The notes: generated by a model from the letters alone, not told the origin. DNA of 64,000 bases from Bacteroidia bacterium (GCA_044448685.1 JBIOHC010000012.1:15077-79076); one strand, 5' to 3'; shown: positions 19,406 to 31,213, numbered from the stretch's first letter. Program-made: numbers and translations.

Positions 19406-22156
19406 ATGGATAAGTTTTCTTACCTGGGTAGTGGTGATGTTTCGGCAATTGAAGATATCTATAAACAGTATCTGAACGATAATACATCTGTAGATCAGAG
19501 CTGGCAGAATTTTTTTAACGGTTTTGAATTTGCCCGGAAAAATTTTGATGAAACTGCCGGAGGTGGAGAAATTCCACAGAATGTGCAGAACGAGTTCAAA
19601 GTTATCAATCTGATCAACGGTTACCGTTCGCGGGGACATCTTTTTACCCAGACCAATCCGGTCAGGGAACGCAGAAAATACACACCCACACTTGACCTTG
19701 AAAATTTTGGCCTGAATGCTTCCGAACTGGATACTGTATTCCATGCGGGAACGGAAATCGGAATTGGGCCTGCGAAGCTGAGCGCAATCATCGCGCATCT
19801 GGAACAAACCTATTGCCAGAGCATAGGGTCTGAGTTTATGTATATCCGTACACCGGATGTCTTGAACTGGCTTCAGCAAAAAATGGAAAGCAGCCGTAAT
19901 ACACCCAGCTATTCTGTAGAGGAAAAGCAGGAGATATTGGATAAACTGAGTCAGGCTGTATTTTTTGAAAATTTCCTCCATACCAAATTCGTAGGGCAAA
20001 AACGATTCTCCCTCGAAGGCGGAGAAACGGTTATTCCTACCCTTCACGCATTCTGTGAAAAAGGAGCTGATCTGGGTATTCAGGATTTTATCATAGGAAT
20101 GGCACACCGCGGGAGACTCAATGTGCTCTCCAATATCCTGAATAAAACCTATCAGGATATATTTACAGAGTTTGAAGGAAGGCTTTCAGAGGACTCCCTT
20201 TTCGACGGGGATGTAAAATACCATATGGGGTATTCCAGTGACAAGGTAAGCGGACATGGACAGAAACTACATATCAGCCTTACCGCCAACCCTTCTCACC
20301 TCGAAGCAGCAGACCCGGTGGTGGAAGGTATTGCAAGGGCAAAAATAGAAACCGGACATAAAGGTGATAATAACAAGGTTTGTCCTATCCTTATCCATGG
20401 CGATGCTGCCCTTGCCGGTCAGGGTATTTGCTATGAGGTCATCCAGATGTCTCAACTGGATGGGTACAAAACGGGAGGAACGATTCACCTTGTCATCAAT
20501 AATCAGGTGGGATTCACAACCAATTATGTTGACGGGCGTTCAAGCACTTATTGTACAGATGTTGCCAAAGTGGTACTGGCCCCGGTATTCCATGTAAACG
20601 GTGATGATGTGGAAGCCTGTGTATTTGTTGCACAGCTGGCAATGGAATTCAGACAAAAGTTTCACCGCGATGTGTTTATCGATGTACTTTGTTACCGGAA
20701 ATATGGGCACAATGAAGGCGATGAGCCCCGTTTTACCCAACCCTTGCTTTACAAATCAATTGCCACTCACCCCAACCCGAGGGAAATTTATATACGCAAG
20801 CTGATGGAAGAAGGGACTGTTTCGGCTGAGCTGGCGAAGACCCTTGAGCAGAATTTTAAGCAACTGCTTCAGGAAAAGCTGGATGAAGCCAAGCAGGTTG
20901 AGAAAGCCAAATTGACTTCCTTTCTGGAAGGCCCCTGGAAAGGAATCCAAATGGCTGCGACTGGTGCCTTTGATACCAGTCCGGATACTGCAGTGAATCC
21001 CAAAGTGTTTTTGAAGATTGCAAACAGCATAACAACACTCCCGGAAGGAAAAAAATTCTTTAATAAGATACAGAACATCTTCAGGGAAAGGGCCGGCATG
21101 ATTGCGGCAGATAAATATGACTGGGCCATGGGAGAGCTTATGGCCTATGCCACCTTGCTTGAAGAAGGGCACCCCGTTCGTTTCAGCGGTCAGGATGTGG
21201 AAAGAGGTACATTCTCCCATCGCCATGCCGTACTCAAGGTTGAAGATTCGGAGGAGGAATATACCCCATTGAATAATTTCGGCGCAAAAGCAAGCCTGAG
21301 TATCTACAATTCCCTGCTCTCCGAATATGGCGTGCTTGGTTTTGAATACGGCTATGCATCCACTACCCCCAATACATTGACTATATGGGAAGCTCAGTTC
21401 GGTGATTTTTTCAACGGAGCCCAGATCATGGTTGATCAGTTTATCACCTGCTCTGAATATAAATGGAGAAGAATGAACGGGCTTGTGATGCTTCTCCCTC
21501 ATGGGTATGAAGGACAGGGACCTGAACACAGCAGTGCACGTATAGAACGTTTTTTGCAGCAATGTGCTGAAGAGAATATCCAGGTTATCAATACGACTAC
21601 CCCTGCAAACCAGTTTCATGCGCTGAGAAGGCAGCTGAAACGGAATTTCCGTAAACCTCTCATTTGTTTTACCCCGAAGAAACTGCTGCGCTATCCTTCC
21701 TGTGTCTCATCCTTACGTGATTTCACAGAAGGACGATTTATGGAAATCGTGGATGATATCCAGGCGGATCCGAAAAAGGTGAAGAACATTGCATTCTGCT
21801 CGGGTAAAGTATATTATGACCTTGCGGAATACAGAGATAAAAACCAGGCCTCAGATACGGCCATTATCCGTATTGAACAATTATATCCATTCCCCGAAAA
21901 GCAGTTGAAGCAGGTGCTGGAGAAATACAAGAGTGCAAATTCATTTTACTGGGTTCAGGAAGAGCCGGAGAATATGGGCGCATGGACTTTTATGATGCGT
22001 ATGTTCATGACACATTCTGAAACAGCGGATATACGATTAAAGTATATAGGCCGCACAGAAAGCGCAAGCCCTGCAACAGGATTCAGTAAAGCCCATGCCC
22101 AGCAGCAGATGGCGATTGTGGAGAAATTATTTGAAAACAGTAAGGTGAAAATTTAA
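19406..22156 (+). CDS. sucA: 2-oxoglutarate dehydrogenase E1 component
   Basis: KRFSLEGGE, GMAHRGRLN, GDVKYH, NPSHLE, HGDAA, WEAQFGDF, HGYEGQGPEHSS. Confidence 0.97.
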   Translation: MDKFSYLGSGDVSAIEDIYKQYLNDNTSVDQSWQNFFNGFEFARKNFDETAGGGEIPQNVQNEFKVINLINGYRSRGHLFTQTNPVRERRKYTPTLDLENFGLNASELDTVFHAGTEIGIGPAKLSAIIAHLEQTYCQSIGSEFMYIRTPDVLNWLQQKMESSRNTPSYSVEEKQEILDKLSQAVFFENFLHTKFVGQKRFSLEGGETVIPTLHAFCEKGADLGIQDFIIGMAHRGRLNVLSNILNKTYQDIFTEFEGRLSEDSLFDGDVKYHMGYSSDKVSGHGQKLHISLTANPSHLEAADPVVEGIARAKIETGHKGDNNKVCPILIHGDAALAGQGICYEVIQMSQLDGYKTGGTIHLVINNQVGFTTNYVDGRSSTYCTDVAKVVLAPVFHVNGDDVEACVFVAQLAMEFRQKFHRDVFIDVLCYRKYGHNEGDEPRFTQPLLYKSIATHPNPREIYIRKLMEEGTVSAELAKTLEQNFKQLLQEKLDEAKQVEKAKLTSFLEGPWKGIQMAATGAFDTSPDTAVNPKVFLKIANSITTLPEGKKFFNKIQNIFRERAGMIAADKYDWAMGELMAYATLLEEGHPVRFSGQDVERGTFSHRHAVLKVEDSEEEYTPLNNFGAKASLSIYNSLLSEYGVLGFEYGYASTTPNTLTIWEAQFGDFFNGAQIMVDQFITCSEYKWRRMNGLVMLLPHGYEGQGPEHSSARIERFLQQCAEENIQVINTTTPANQFHALRRQLKRNFRKPLICFTPKKLLRYPSCVSSLRDFTEGRFMEIVDDIQADPKKVKNIAFCSGKVYYDLAEYRDKNQASDTAIIRIEQLYPFPEKQLKQVLEKYKSANSFYWVQEEPENMGAWTFMMRMFMTHSETADIRLKYIGRTESASPATGFSKAHAQQQMAIVEKLFENSKVKI

Positions 22157-22239
22157 GATTTAAGAATTAAGATTTTGACGGAAAGAGTTTCAAGAAATCA
22201 TTTTTAAATCCTGAATCTTAAATCAAAAATCCTAAATAA
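22151..22239. repeat. Inverted pair of heptamer arrays between sucA and sucB
   Basis: Left arm atttaag atttaag aattaag attttga (22151-22178); right arm taaatcc tgaatct taaatca aaaatcc taaataa (22205-22239), approximately its reverse complement. Confidence 0.8.
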
Positions 22240-22247
22240 AAGGAAAT

Positions 22248-23501
22248 ATGGCAACCATACAATTAAAAGTCCCCAGCCCCGGAGAATCCATTACGGAAGT
22301 GATCATTTCCCGCTGGCTGGTGAAAGAAGGAGATTATGTGGAGAAGGATCAGGAGCTTGCTGAAATAGAATCGGACAAAGCCACCCTGACTATCAATGCG
22401 GAAGTGAACGGAGGCATAAAATTGCTTGCTTCAGAAGGGGATACCGTAAAAGTCGGACAGGTGGTTTGTTCTATTGATGATACGGTTAAAGGCGAGGTCA
22501 GGAAAAAACCGGAGGTGGCTGCGGCTGCTGATAAAAAGCCGGCAGTGGCTGTTGGCAGCGGAAGTAAGCAGGTAGTTAAAGAAAAAGAAGCAACGGCTTC
22601 CTACAGCAGTGGTGTTCCATCCCCTGCGGCCAGGAAGATCATTGAAGAGAATAAGGTGCCGGCTGATAAACTGAATGGCAGTGGTAAGGGCGGACGTATT
22701 ACAAAGGGTGATGTCCTGGAAGCAATGAGTAAAGGCTTTGATACAGGAAGTGTCAGAACCTGGGAAGGTTCCAGAACGGAAAACCGTCAGAAGATGACTC
22801 CCCTGCGTAAAAAATTAGCTCAGCGTCTTGTTACCGTCAAAAATACAACAGCTATGCTCACAACCTTTAATGAGGTTGATATGAGCCAGATCTATGCCAT
22901 AAGAGCAAAATACAAGGATAAATTTAAAGAACAGTATGGTACAGGATTAGGGTTTATGAGTTTTTTTACCAAGGCTGTAACGGAAGCCCTGTATCACTTT
23001 CCTTCTGTGAATTCAAAAATAGACGGTGATGAACAGGTATTCCATCAGTACTGCGATATCGGCATTGCTGTGAGTGCCCCGAAAGGACTGGTGGTTCCCG
23101 TTATCCGTAATGCGGAAGGATTGTCTCTTGCTGAAATTGAAAATACCATTAAGACACTTGCCGTAAAAGCAAGAGATAATAAGATAGAGCTGAAGGATAT
23201 GGAAGGGGGTACATTTACCATAACAAATGGCGGTGTGTTCGGGTCATTGATGTCAACCCCTATTCTTAACCCGCCCCAGAGCGCCATATTGGGTATGCAC
23301 AATGTGGTTGAAAGACCTGTGGCTGTGAATGGGCAGGTGGTGGTAAGACCAATGATGTATGTGGCTCTCTCGTATGACCACAGAGTGATTGATGGAAGAG
23401 AATCGGTTGGTTTTTTAGTCAGGGTTAAGGAATTATGTGAAAATCCTTTGAAAATGCTTTTTGCAGGCAAGGATCCGCAGGAGATTCTGCTTGGCCTGTG
23501 A
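22248..23501 (+). CDS. sucB: Dihydrolipoyllysine succinyltransferase (OGDH E2)
   Basis: Lipoyl domain ESDKAT, E3-binding [21 protein letters not shown], catalytic YDHRVIDG. Confidence 0.96.
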   Translation: MATIQLKVPSPGESITEVIISRWLVKEGDYVEKDQELAEIESDKATLTINAEVNGGIKLLASEGDTVKVGQVVCSIDDTVKGEVRKKPEVAAAADKKPAVAVGSGSKQVVKEKEATASYSSGVPSPAARKIIEENKVPADKLNGSGKGGRITKGDVLEAMSKGFDTGSVRTWEGSRTENRQKMTPLRKKLAQRLVTVKNTTAMLTTFNEVDMSQIYAIRAKYKDKFKEQYGTGLGFMSFFTKAVTEALYHFPSVNSKIDGDEQVFHQYCDIGIAVSAPKGLVVPVIRNAEGLSLAEIENTIKTLAVKARDNKIELKDMEGGTFTITNGGVFGSLMSTPILNPPQSAILGMHNVVERPVAVNGQVVVRPMMYVALSYDHRVIDGRESVGFLVRVKELCENPLKMLFAGKDPQEILLGL

Positions 23502-23551
23502 TTTAAAACGGAACAGCATAGAGGAATAGTTAACGCTATAACCATACCACG

Positions 23552-24031
23552 ATGGCAGAATCTATTTACGTTCAGGGAGTCAGCCGTAAGGCACGCTATG
23601 AAAGCCTGCTACCTCAGATCCATGCTCTGGTGGAAGGGGAACCGGATACTATTGCCAATATTTCGAATGTGATAGCAGCGCTCAAATATGGCATGGGTTT
23701 TTTCTGGATCGGATTGTACTTTGTCAAAAATGAAGAACTTGTTCTGGGTCCTTTTCAGGGCCCTGTAGCTTGTACACGTATTGCAAAAGGGAAAGGTGTT
23801 TGCGGATACGCTTATGCCATTGCCCAGACCGTGATCGTGAAAGATGTGGATCTTTTTCCGGGACATATATCCTGCAATGCAGCTTCCCGCTCTGAGATCG
23901 TTATTCCGCTGTTCAATGATAAGAAGGAGGTGACCGGTGTACTGGATGTGGACAGTGTTTCGCTGGCCGATTTTGATGAAACAGATAAACTGTATCTGGA
24001 ACAGATTGCAGCATTAATCAGCGGCTTTTAA
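23552..24031 (+). CDS. GAF-domain protein, free methionine-R-sulfoxide reductase (MsrC/fRMsr-like)
   Basis: LGPFQGPVAC, GKGVCG, FPGHISC..ASRSEIV, GVLDVDS. Confidence 0.85.
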   Translation: MAESIYVQGVSRKARYESLLPQIHALVEGEPDTIANISNVIAALKYGMGFFWIGLYFVKNEELVLGPFQGPVACTRIAKGKGVCGYAYAIAQTVIVKDVDLFPGHISCNAASRSEIVIPLFNDKKEVTGVLDVDSVSLADFDETDKLYLEQIAALISGF

Positions 24032-24040
24032 GCATAGTCT

Positions 24041-25708
24041 ATGAAAGGAGCCCGGGTCCGCTTTATTCCACAGTTTGTTTCTGTTTCCTGTTTCTGCCTC
24101 CTGCTGCTGTATAGCTCCTGTGCCGTGCAGGTAAGGCCTACGGGGGGACCTCCGGATAAAAAACCTCCATTCCCAAAAGCATATAATCCGGATAGCGCAG
24201 CCGTTAATTTAAAAGCAAAAAAAATAAGTATTCTGTTTGATGAATTTATCCAGCTCAAAGATCTGAATAATCAGCTCGTCATTTCCCCGCCCATGGAACG
24301 TGCACCGGATGTCAAAGCAAAAGGAAAAACACTGGAGATTATCTTCCGTGAACCGCTGAAGGATAGTACCACCTACTCCATAAACTTCGGGAATGCCATA
24401 GCCGACATCAGGGAAAGCAATGTACTAGCAGATTTCAAATATGTTTTTTCAACGGGTAGTTATCTTGATTCGCTTTCTGTATCCGGAACAGTGGTGAATG
24501 CGTTTACCCGTTTACCCGAAAAAGGAGTCATGGTAATGCTGTACCATGGTAGCGATGATTCTCTTCCATTCAAATCGGTACCCTCTTATTTTGCCCGGAC
24601 AGGGGCAGGGGGTGAATACTCAATCGGGCACATTAAACCGGGAACTTACAAGGTATTTGCATTGAGAGACCAGAACGGGAACTATAAATACGATGTGGGC
24701 GAGTTAATGGGTTTTCAGGAACAAAATCTGATCCTTTATCAAAGTCAGAAAGCCGTGAATCTGAGCCTGTTTAAAGAAGCAGGAGGAAGGCAAAAACTAA
24801 AAAGAGCTTTTCAGGCTTCCTATGGGAAGATCATACTGAGCTTAGCGGCACCGGGTCCGGAGCTTTATCTCAGACCCTTGTCCGGATTATACGAACCAAT
24901 AGGGGAACCCGTACTGGAGCGAAATGCATCCGGTGATTCGCTCACTTATTGGTTTGTGCCTCCCGCTACAGATTCAATTAAACTGGAACTGAGAGATAAA
25001 AACAAGGTATACGATACATTGAAATATAAGCTGATCACAAAAGAGAAAATGCTGAGTCAGCACAAGGGAGAAAAGTTTATGCTTTCCCTGATGAGCACTG
25101 TCGCTAAAGGCCGTAACCTTGATCTGGATGCTACACTGTTCTTCAGCTTTTCCCATCCTGTAACCAGTGGTGTGAAAGATCCTTCGCGTATGCAGTTGAG
25201 AGAAGATACCCTTAAAAGCAACGTATTCTCCGGCTCTTCATTTTTGCCTGTCGACAACGCAAAACGTTTATTCAAGTGGAAAGAATGTCCATTCCCTTGG
25301 AAAGAAAACAGAAAATATCATTTGCTTGTTCTGCCGGGAGCATTTACAGATCTGTATGGATTCACGCATGATACCCTGAATGTTGAATTTAAAACCCCTG
25401 AACTGAAGTACTACGGTACATTTAAACTGAATGTTCAGATTCAGCCGGGACATTATGTGCTTCAGTTGCTGGATGACAAGGACAACACAGTGAAAACAGT
25501 AAGTCTGGAGGGCAACCGTGAATTTATGTTCGAATACCTTACTCCGATGAATTACAGAATCAGACTCATTACCGATCTGAATGGGAACGGAAAATGGGAT
25601 AGCGGTGATTACCTGCATAAAAAGCAGCCGGAACCGGTGATATACTACAAAGAGCCGGTTACTGTCCGTTCAAACTGGGATCAGGAAACGGTTTGGATTG
25701 TGAAATAA
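24041..25708 (+). CDS. Ig-like (Big_5) domain lipoprotein
   Basis: Lipobox YSSC followed by PTGGPPD; FDEFI, TTYSINFGNAI.D; D.NGNGKWD.G...QPE. Confidence 0.8.
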   Translation: MKGARVRFIPQFVSVSCFCLLLLYSSCAVQVRPTGGPPDKKPPFPKAYNPDSAAVNLKAKKISILFDEFIQLKDLNNQLVISPPMERAPDVKAKGKTLEIIFREPLKDSTTYSINFGNAIADIRESNVLADFKYVFSTGSYLDSLSVSGTVVNAFTRLPEKGVMVMLYHGSDDSLPFKSVPSYFARTGAGGEYSIGHIKPGTYKVFALRDQNGNYKYDVGELMGFQEQNLILYQSQKAVNLSLFKEAGGRQKLKRAFQASYGKIILSLAAPGPELYLRPLSGLYEPIGEPVLERNASGDSLTYWFVPPATDSIKLELRDKNKVYDTLKYKLITKEKMLSQHKGEKFMLSLMSTVAKGRNLDLDATLFFSFSHPVTSGVKDPSRMQLREDTLKSNVFSGSSFLPVDNAKRLFKWKECPFPWKENRKYHLLVLPGAFTDLYGFTHDTLNVEFKTPELKYYGTFKLNVQIQPGHYVLQLLDDKDNTVKTVSLEGNREFMFEYLTPMNYRIRLITDLNGNGKWDSGDYLHKKQPEPVIYYKEPVTVRSNWDQETVWIVK

Positions 25709-25750
25709 ACGAATTTCTTCTTTTACTATATTTACAAGCAAATACACTGA

Positions 25751-26719
25751 ATGGCCAGAATACTTACAGGGATTCAAAGTACGAATGTACCTCATCTTGG
25801 AAACATACTGGGTGCAATCCTTCCCGCTATCACCCTTTCACAGAAAGCCGGAAATGACAGCCTGTTTTTCATTGCCGATCTGCATACCCTTATTTCCGTA
25901 AAAGATGCGAAATTCAGGCAGGAAAGCACCTATGCTGTGGCAGCAACCTGGCTTGCAATGGGATTTGATACGGATAAAAACATTTTTTACCGGCAAAGTG
26001 ATGTGACCGAAGTATGTGAACTTACCTGGTATCTGAATTGCTTTACTCCCTATCCTATGCTTGCTAATGCACATTCTTTCAAGGATAAAGCATCCCGCCT
26101 GAGTGATGTGAATGCAGGCCTGTTTACCTATCCCGTACTCATGGCTGCTGACATTGTTTTATATGATGCTCAGTTTGTACCGGTTGGGAAAGACCAGCTT
26201 CAGCATCTGGAAATGACAAGGGATATTGCACGAACGTTTAACAACCTGTGTGGAGAAACATTTGTCATCCCGGAGCCATTGATTGATGAAAGGGTAATGA
26301 TTGTGCCTGGAACGGACGGACAGAAAATGAGCAAGTCGCGCAATAATTTCATCAATATCTTTCTTCCCGAAAAAGAATTGAAAAAGGTAGTCATGGGTAT
26401 TATAACCGATGCCACACCCTTGGAAGCGCCAAAGAACCCGGATACCTGCAATGTATTTGCGATCTATAAATTGCTCGGAACACCTGCTGAGGTGGAAGCC
26501 ATGAAGGCGAACTATCTGAAAGGAGGCTATGGCTACGGAGCCGCCAAGACAGCCTTATATGAAATGATTCTGCAGCGTTTTGCAAAGCAACGGGAATTAT
26601 ACAACCAGTATATGGGCAACAGGGATTTGCTGGATGAACAGCTTCGCAAAGGAGCTGAGAAGGCGAGAGCTATTGCAAAAGTGGTTTTGAAGAGGGCAAG
26701 AGAGCGTCTGGGATATTAA
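25751..26719 (+). CDS. trpS: Tryptophan--tRNA ligase
   Basis: HLGN (HIGH), YPVLMAADI, VPVGKDQLQH, KMSKS. Confidence 0.97.
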   Translation: MARILTGIQSTNVPHLGNILGAILPAITLSQKAGNDSLFFIADLHTLISVKDAKFRQESTYAVAATWLAMGFDTDKNIFYRQSDVTEVCELTWYLNCFTPYPMLANAHSFKDKASRLSDVNAGLFTYPVLMAADIVLYDAQFVPVGKDQLQHLEMTRDIARTFNNLCGETFVIPEPLIDERVMIVPGTDGQKMSKSRNNFINIFLPEKELKKVVMGIITDATPLEAPKNPDTCNVFAIYKLLGTPAEVEAMKANYLKGGYGYGAAKTALYEMILQRFAKQRELYNQYMGNRDLLDEQLRKGAEKARAIAKVVLKRARERLGY

Positions 26720-27747
26720 TAATACATATAGGATAACCTCACCAGTACAATGGATTTCTGTTGTACTTCACGGATAAAATAAGAGTTGAGCATTTTACTC
26801 TGGCGGTCATAAATATAATTTAGCTCCTGCTCAAAAACATCTCCCTGATAGCGTTGCTCCACATCCAGAAAAGGAGTATCTGCGGTATATTTGTATTCAA
26901 AGCGGTTATTTTCATCCCCATTTTCATTTGAAGTAGTGATTTTCTGAATGAGCCTGCCTTTCTTGTCATAACTAAACCTGGCTGTAGCTCTCATCCAGCT
27001 TACAGTATAGGATGTGTTTTCTTCTTTAAGTCTGCCCAGACTGTCAAAATTCTGTATTGTTTGTTTGTAGATTTTGCCCTCATCATTCAGATGTTTGCGT
27101 TTGCTCTGTGATGCAGAAGTTTTCTCGTAGCTGAACTCTTCTGCAGAAAGCAGGTTCTGAACTCCAAGCCGGAAAACATTCCTGTTCTCACTTGCATTCG
27201 TTTCCCGGAAAACACTTTGCTTCCTGACTCGTCCTTCACGGTCGTATTCATAGTAAACAGCATTGTAATAATCTCCGTCGCGTGTGCGTTTCAGAATAAG
27301 CTGTTTCAGGGCATTATAGCCATAGGTTGTGAATGTAGTGTCATACTGATAGGTAGATTCCTGGCTGACCCAGGCCGGTCTGATCCTTCTGCCCCTCCGA
27401 AACACAGCCGGATGCTCCACATCGTGATTGACAAATCCTTTGACCCTGGTTACATAGTATGTTCGGAGCAGGCCCTCGTTATCGAATTCCCAGTTCTTAC
27501 ACAAACCTTTATCCTGAATAGGTTCATTGTCGCGTTTAAAAGAAATACCTGCATAAATGGAATGTATTTTGTTTTTGAGGATATACTCCTTCAGGTAAAG
27601 CGGTTCAAAAGAGAAACAATCGGAAGGACTGAGATCAATGGCCTGGGCTGCAAGACCGCAATGCAGAACCAGACTGAACAGAAACAGCAGGCTATGCCTC
27701 CGTACAAAGGAGATATTCGGAAAGTATGCGGATGTTTCAGAATTCAT
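26716..27747 (-). CDS. Exported hypothetical protein with YD-like beta repeats
   Basis: Signal-like hydrophobic stretch; repeated [22 protein letters not shown] units. ATG at 27747 overlaps the end of the upstream gene. Confidence 0.65.
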   Translation of the reverse strand: MNSETSAYFPNISFVRRHSLLFLFSLVLHCGLAAQAIDLSPSDCFSFEPLYLKEYILKNKIHSIYAGISFKRDNEPIQDKGLCKNWEFDNEGLLRTYYVTRVKGFVNHDVEHPAVFRRGRRIRPAWVSQESTYQYDTTFTTYGYNALKQLILKRTRDGDYYNAVYYEYDREGRVRKQSVFRETNASENRNVFRLGVQNLLSAEEFSYEKTSASQSKRKHLNDEGKIYKQTIQNFDSLGRLKEENTSYTVSWMRATARFSYDKKGRLIQKITTSNENGDENNRFEYKYTADTPFLDVEQRYQGDVFEQELNYIYDRQSKMLNSYFIREVQQKSIVLVRLSYMYY

Positions 27748-29776
27748 AAGCTTGTTGGAGCAAGGCAAGAGCCTGTGTAACCTCTCTGACAGGTTCCAGG
27801 CAGGTCTGATCCCTGCAGATATAGATCAGGGTTTCCTTTTCCCGGTAACGGTCTTTCAACAGAGGCAGACTGGATGCGTGATTGCTTCCTGCAAAGATCA
27901 TATTAGGAAGGTAATGCGGGAGGAAGTCTCTGAGTTTTTCTTCAACAGCTTTACCAACAATTGCGATTTCATAAAACGGGGCGCTGATCCAGAGCTGAAG
28001 CAGAGCCCAATTGGAATACCCGGCGCCGTATTGTTCCATTTCGGCCTGTACCTGGGTAATCATATGGATGGCTTTGTCACAAAAACCGCGTTCGCCCAGC
28101 AAATGACCCAGGCGGAATAAACACTTGGCCATGGAAGAGTTGGATGCAGGAATAACATTGTCGGATAACTCAAATTTACGGGCTATCAGTTCCGGATCAA
28201 GGGAGGAAGTAAAATAGAAGAACCCGCTTTCGGAATCATAAAAATGGAGGAGGGTATAGTTCACCAATGCCGATGCCGACTGCAGCCAGTGCTCTTCAAA
28301 TGTACACTCATACAATGCTGTCAGGGCTTCCGAAGCAAAACAATAGTCTTCCAAAAATCCGTTGATACTTGCTTTGCCGTTTTTGAAGCTGTGCATGAGT
28401 CCGCCTTGTCCATTGTCAAATGACTGCAGAAACAGTGCAGCTGTATTACGGGCCCGCTCCAGAAACCGGGGTTCACCGAAAGCCCTGTAGGCATCGGTAT
28501 AAGCTTTGATCATCAGGGCATTCCAGGAAGCAAGGCATTTGTCATCAAGTCCGGGCCTCGTACGCTTCTCCCGTTCCGCGAGCAGACGATCTTTTAACAG
28601 GGCAATCTTCTGCTGCAGGTTTTCGGGGGATAGTCCGAACACAGCGGCAAGCTCAGTCTCTTCTTTTTTACGGAGCAGTATATAGTTGTCATGTTCCCAG
28701 TAACCTGTTTCATTCACTTCGTAATAAGCAGAGAATAGCTCAAAGTCGGGCCCGCAGATTTTTTCCAGTTCGCTTTTTGTCCAGACATAATATTTGCCCT
28801 CTGTACCTTCCGAGTCGGCATCCAGAGCAGAGCAGAAAAGGCCTTCAGGGCTCAGCAATTCCCGGCTTACAAATGCAAGCGTTTCATAAACAACCTGACG
28901 GTACAAGGGATCCGGGTTGATACAAAAGGCTTCACTATAAAGGGAAACAAGCTGGGCATTGTCATACAGCATTTTTTCAAAGTGAGGTACTTTCCAGAGA
29001 GAATCGGTTGAATAACGTGAAAACCCACCACCTATCTGGTCATATATACCACCGAAAGCCATTTTCTTTAAGGTCAGTTCCACATGCTCCCGGATTGCAG
29101 CTTTCTCTTTATCCCGTATGATTTTATGTTCGGCCAGTTGCAGCAGAAACTGATAATTATTCGGCAAAGGGAATTTAGGAGCTCTGTTGGGTCCGCCTTC
29201 CTTTGTATCCAGACGATGACTCCATTTGTCCCAGCAGCTCAGCAGGGTAGCCGGGTCCGGTGCCGGGGAATCCGGTTTTACCTTGATAAGTTCAGACTGT
29301 CGGATACCTTCAGTCAGATTAGCCGCATAATGCAATGCTTTTTCAGGTTCTGTTTTCCAGAGATCAGCCAGATTGAACAATACATTCATCCATTCCTGTT
29401 TACGGAAATAGGTTCCTCCGTAAACAGGTCTGCCATCGGGCAAGGCTATACAGTTCAACGGCCAGCCTCCATGGCCGCTCATGATTTGAACGGCTGTCAT
29501 ATAGATCTGATCAATATCCGGCCGTTCTTCCCGGTCCACTTTGATGCAGATAAAATGATCATTCATAATCCGGGCTACCGTATCATCTTCAAAGCTTTCG
29601 TGTTCCATCACATGACACCAATGGCAGGCACTGTAACCTATACTTATAAGTACCAGTTTATTTTCTTTCCGGGCCTGCTCCCAGGCAGGTTCATTCCAGG
29701 CTTGCCATGCTACCGGATTATGTGCATGCTGCAGCAGATAAGGACTGGATTCGTGTATCAGAGCGTTGGTAAACAT
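27737..29776 (-). CDS. Thioredoxin-domain protein, YyaL/SSP411 (DUF255) family
   Basis: [54 protein letters not shown]. Confidence 0.93.
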   Translation of the reverse strand: MFTNALIHESSPYLLQHAHNPVAWQAWNEPAWEQARKENKLVLISIGYSACHWCHVMEHESFEDDTVARIMNDHFICIKVDREERPDIDQIYMTAVQIMSGHGGWPLNCIALPDGRPVYGGTYFRKQEWMNVLFNLADLWKTEPEKALHYAANLTEGIRQSELIKVKPDSPAPDPATLLSCWDKWSHRLDTKEGGPNRAPKFPLPNNYQFLLQLAEHKIIRDKEKAAIREHVELTLKKMAFGGIYDQIGGGFSRYSTDSLWKVPHFEKMLYDNAQLVSLYSEAFCINPDPLYRQVVYETLAFVSRELLSPEGLFCSALDADSEGTEGKYYVWTKSELEKICGPDFELFSAYYEVNETGYWEHDNYILLRKKEETELAAVFGLSPENLQQKIALLKDRLLAEREKRTRPGLDDKCLASWNALMIKAYTDAYRAFGEPRFLERARNTAALFLQSFDNGQGGLMHSFKNGKASINGFLEDYCFASEALTALYECTFEEHWLQSASALVNYTLLHFYDSESGFFYFTSSLDPELIARKFELSDNVIPASNSSMAKCLFRLGHLLGERGFCDKAIHMITQVQAEMEQYGAGYSNWALLQLWISAPFYEIAIVGKAVEEKLRDFLPHYLPNMIFAGSNHASSLPLLKDRYREKETLIYICRDQTCLEPVREVTQALALLQQAYEF

Positions 29777-29839
29777 CCTGCTAATTTAGCTATTCATACC
29801 GATTCATTGTTTTTTATAGATTTGTTCAACCCTTGAGCC

Positions 29840-31213
29840 ATGGAGTGGATTGTATATGTTTTCCTTGCCGGACTGTTAACTGTTCCAATAGTACGGGAAA
29901 TGTCGCAGCGGATCCGCTTTTATTATGAAGAAAAGGAGAACGAAAGAAAGGAAAAGCAATATTATGCCTATTCCTCTCCCGTTCTGCTTAATGTACTGGA
30001 AAGGATTCCGTATTATATGGCTCTTTCTGCTGAAGGCAGAACCAAATTCAAAGGCAGGGTTATTGAATTTCTTATCGGCAAGGAATTTACCGGTGTACAG
30101 GACCTGGTAGTTACGGAAGATATGAAATTGCAGATATCCGCTACCGCTGTCCAGCTCACTTTTGGCCTGAAAAATTATTTCATTTCGTATTTCCATAACA
30201 TTGTCATCTATCCTTCTACCTTTTATTCCCGCCTTGCCCGTCATCAGCTGAAAGGAGGAACCACTGAAAACGGAATCATCCAGCTTTCCTGGGCCGATTA
30301 TACAGCAGGAAATACCGGTCCGGCAAAAACCATTAACCTTGGCTTGCATGAAATGGCCCATGCCCTGGAAATAGGGGTACTGAAAGGAAACGATTTTGAT
30401 AAAAAATTTGCAAACTATTATGATTTCTGGAAAGAAGAGGCTGAACCCTTGTTCATACGGATGCATGCAGGGGAAAAATCATTTTTACGTGCCTATGCAG
30501 GAACGAATGAACATGAATTTTTTGCTGTTTGTGTGGAGTTTTTTTTTGGAGACCCAGTCGGGTTCAAAAACAGGCTTCCTGTCATCTATCATCACTTGTG
30601 TATACTGCTGAATCAGGACCCTTCAAGAATACACAATGACTATGAGCAGGAGTATGACCTGCTCACAACAGATGCAAGAAACCGTACTAAAATAAGTTAC
30701 AAGTATGATTCCTGGCACTGGTCCCTCACAGTATTGCTTGCCGGCATCTTCGCCGGGCCCTTGCTTCTGCTGTATGAAAGCATGCAGATAACGGATCCGG
30801 AATATAATATAGGCTTACTTTATTTTAGCATTGTTGCCGCCGGTGCCTACCCTCAATACCGATACCTGGTTAAAACACAAGTCCTCAATGGTTTTCAGTT
30901 TGCAGGTTATCTTTTTATCGGTTTCGGCCTTCTTGCAACAGCGTTCCTGCTTTTTTTAAACTCTCTGGGTGGATTTTCCTCTCCCCATTCTCATAATTAT
31001 ACAATGAATGGGGATATGCAATTCGTAGGGAATGAAATCCGCGTTTATGTAGATGATGCAAAACAGCCTTCCTCTGGGAATGCTGATTGTGTTCCTGCAT
31101 CGGAGTTTGAAAAGATAAAAAGGGGAAATATTTTACAGATTACCTTTAAAAAAGGAATCGTAGGTGCAGAGACCTTTAAATCAAACAGAATAATTGAAAG
31201 GATTTCTAATTAA
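29840..31213 (+). CDS. Zinc-dependent peptidase, M90/MtfA family, with a C-terminal membrane extension
   Basis: ISATAVQLTFG, HEMAH zinc motif, LRAYAGTNEHEFFAV; N-terminal TM and about 3 C-terminal TMs. Confidence 0.8.
   Translation: MEWIVYVFLAGLLTVPIVREMSQRIRFYYEEKENERKEKQYYAYSSPVLLNVLERIPYYMALSAEGRTKFKGRVIEFLIGKEFTGVQDLVVTEDMKLQISATAVQLTFGLKNYFISYFHNIVIYPSTFYSRLARHQLKGGTTENGIIQLSWADYTAGNTGPAKTINLGLHEMAHALEIGVLKGNDFDKKFANYYDFWKEEAEPLFIRMHAGEKSFLRAYAGTNEHEFFAVCVEFFFGDPVGFKNRLPVIYHHLCILLNQDPSRIHNDYEQEYDLLTTDARNRTKISYKYDSWHWSLTVLLAGIFAGPLLLLYESMQITDPEYNIGLLYFSIVAAGAYPQYRYLVKTQVLNGFQFAGYLFIGFGLLATAFLLFLNSLGGFSSPHSHNYTMNGDMQFVGNEIRVYVDDAKQPSSGNADCVPASEFEKIKRGNILQITFKKGIVGAETFKSNRIIERISN

Noticed and set aside
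20756-21619. 287-aa antisense ORF inside sucA
   Set aside because: Shadow ORF opposite a well-conserved gene; no protein-like motifs.
26716-27747. YD-like repeats as an RHS toxin
   Set aside because: Short, with no RHS core (PxxxxDPxG), toxin tip or immunity gene.
29084-29836. 250-aa + strand ORF over the YyaL gene, and similar ones at 27217-28120 and 36475-37173
   Set aside because: Antisense to confidently assigned genes.
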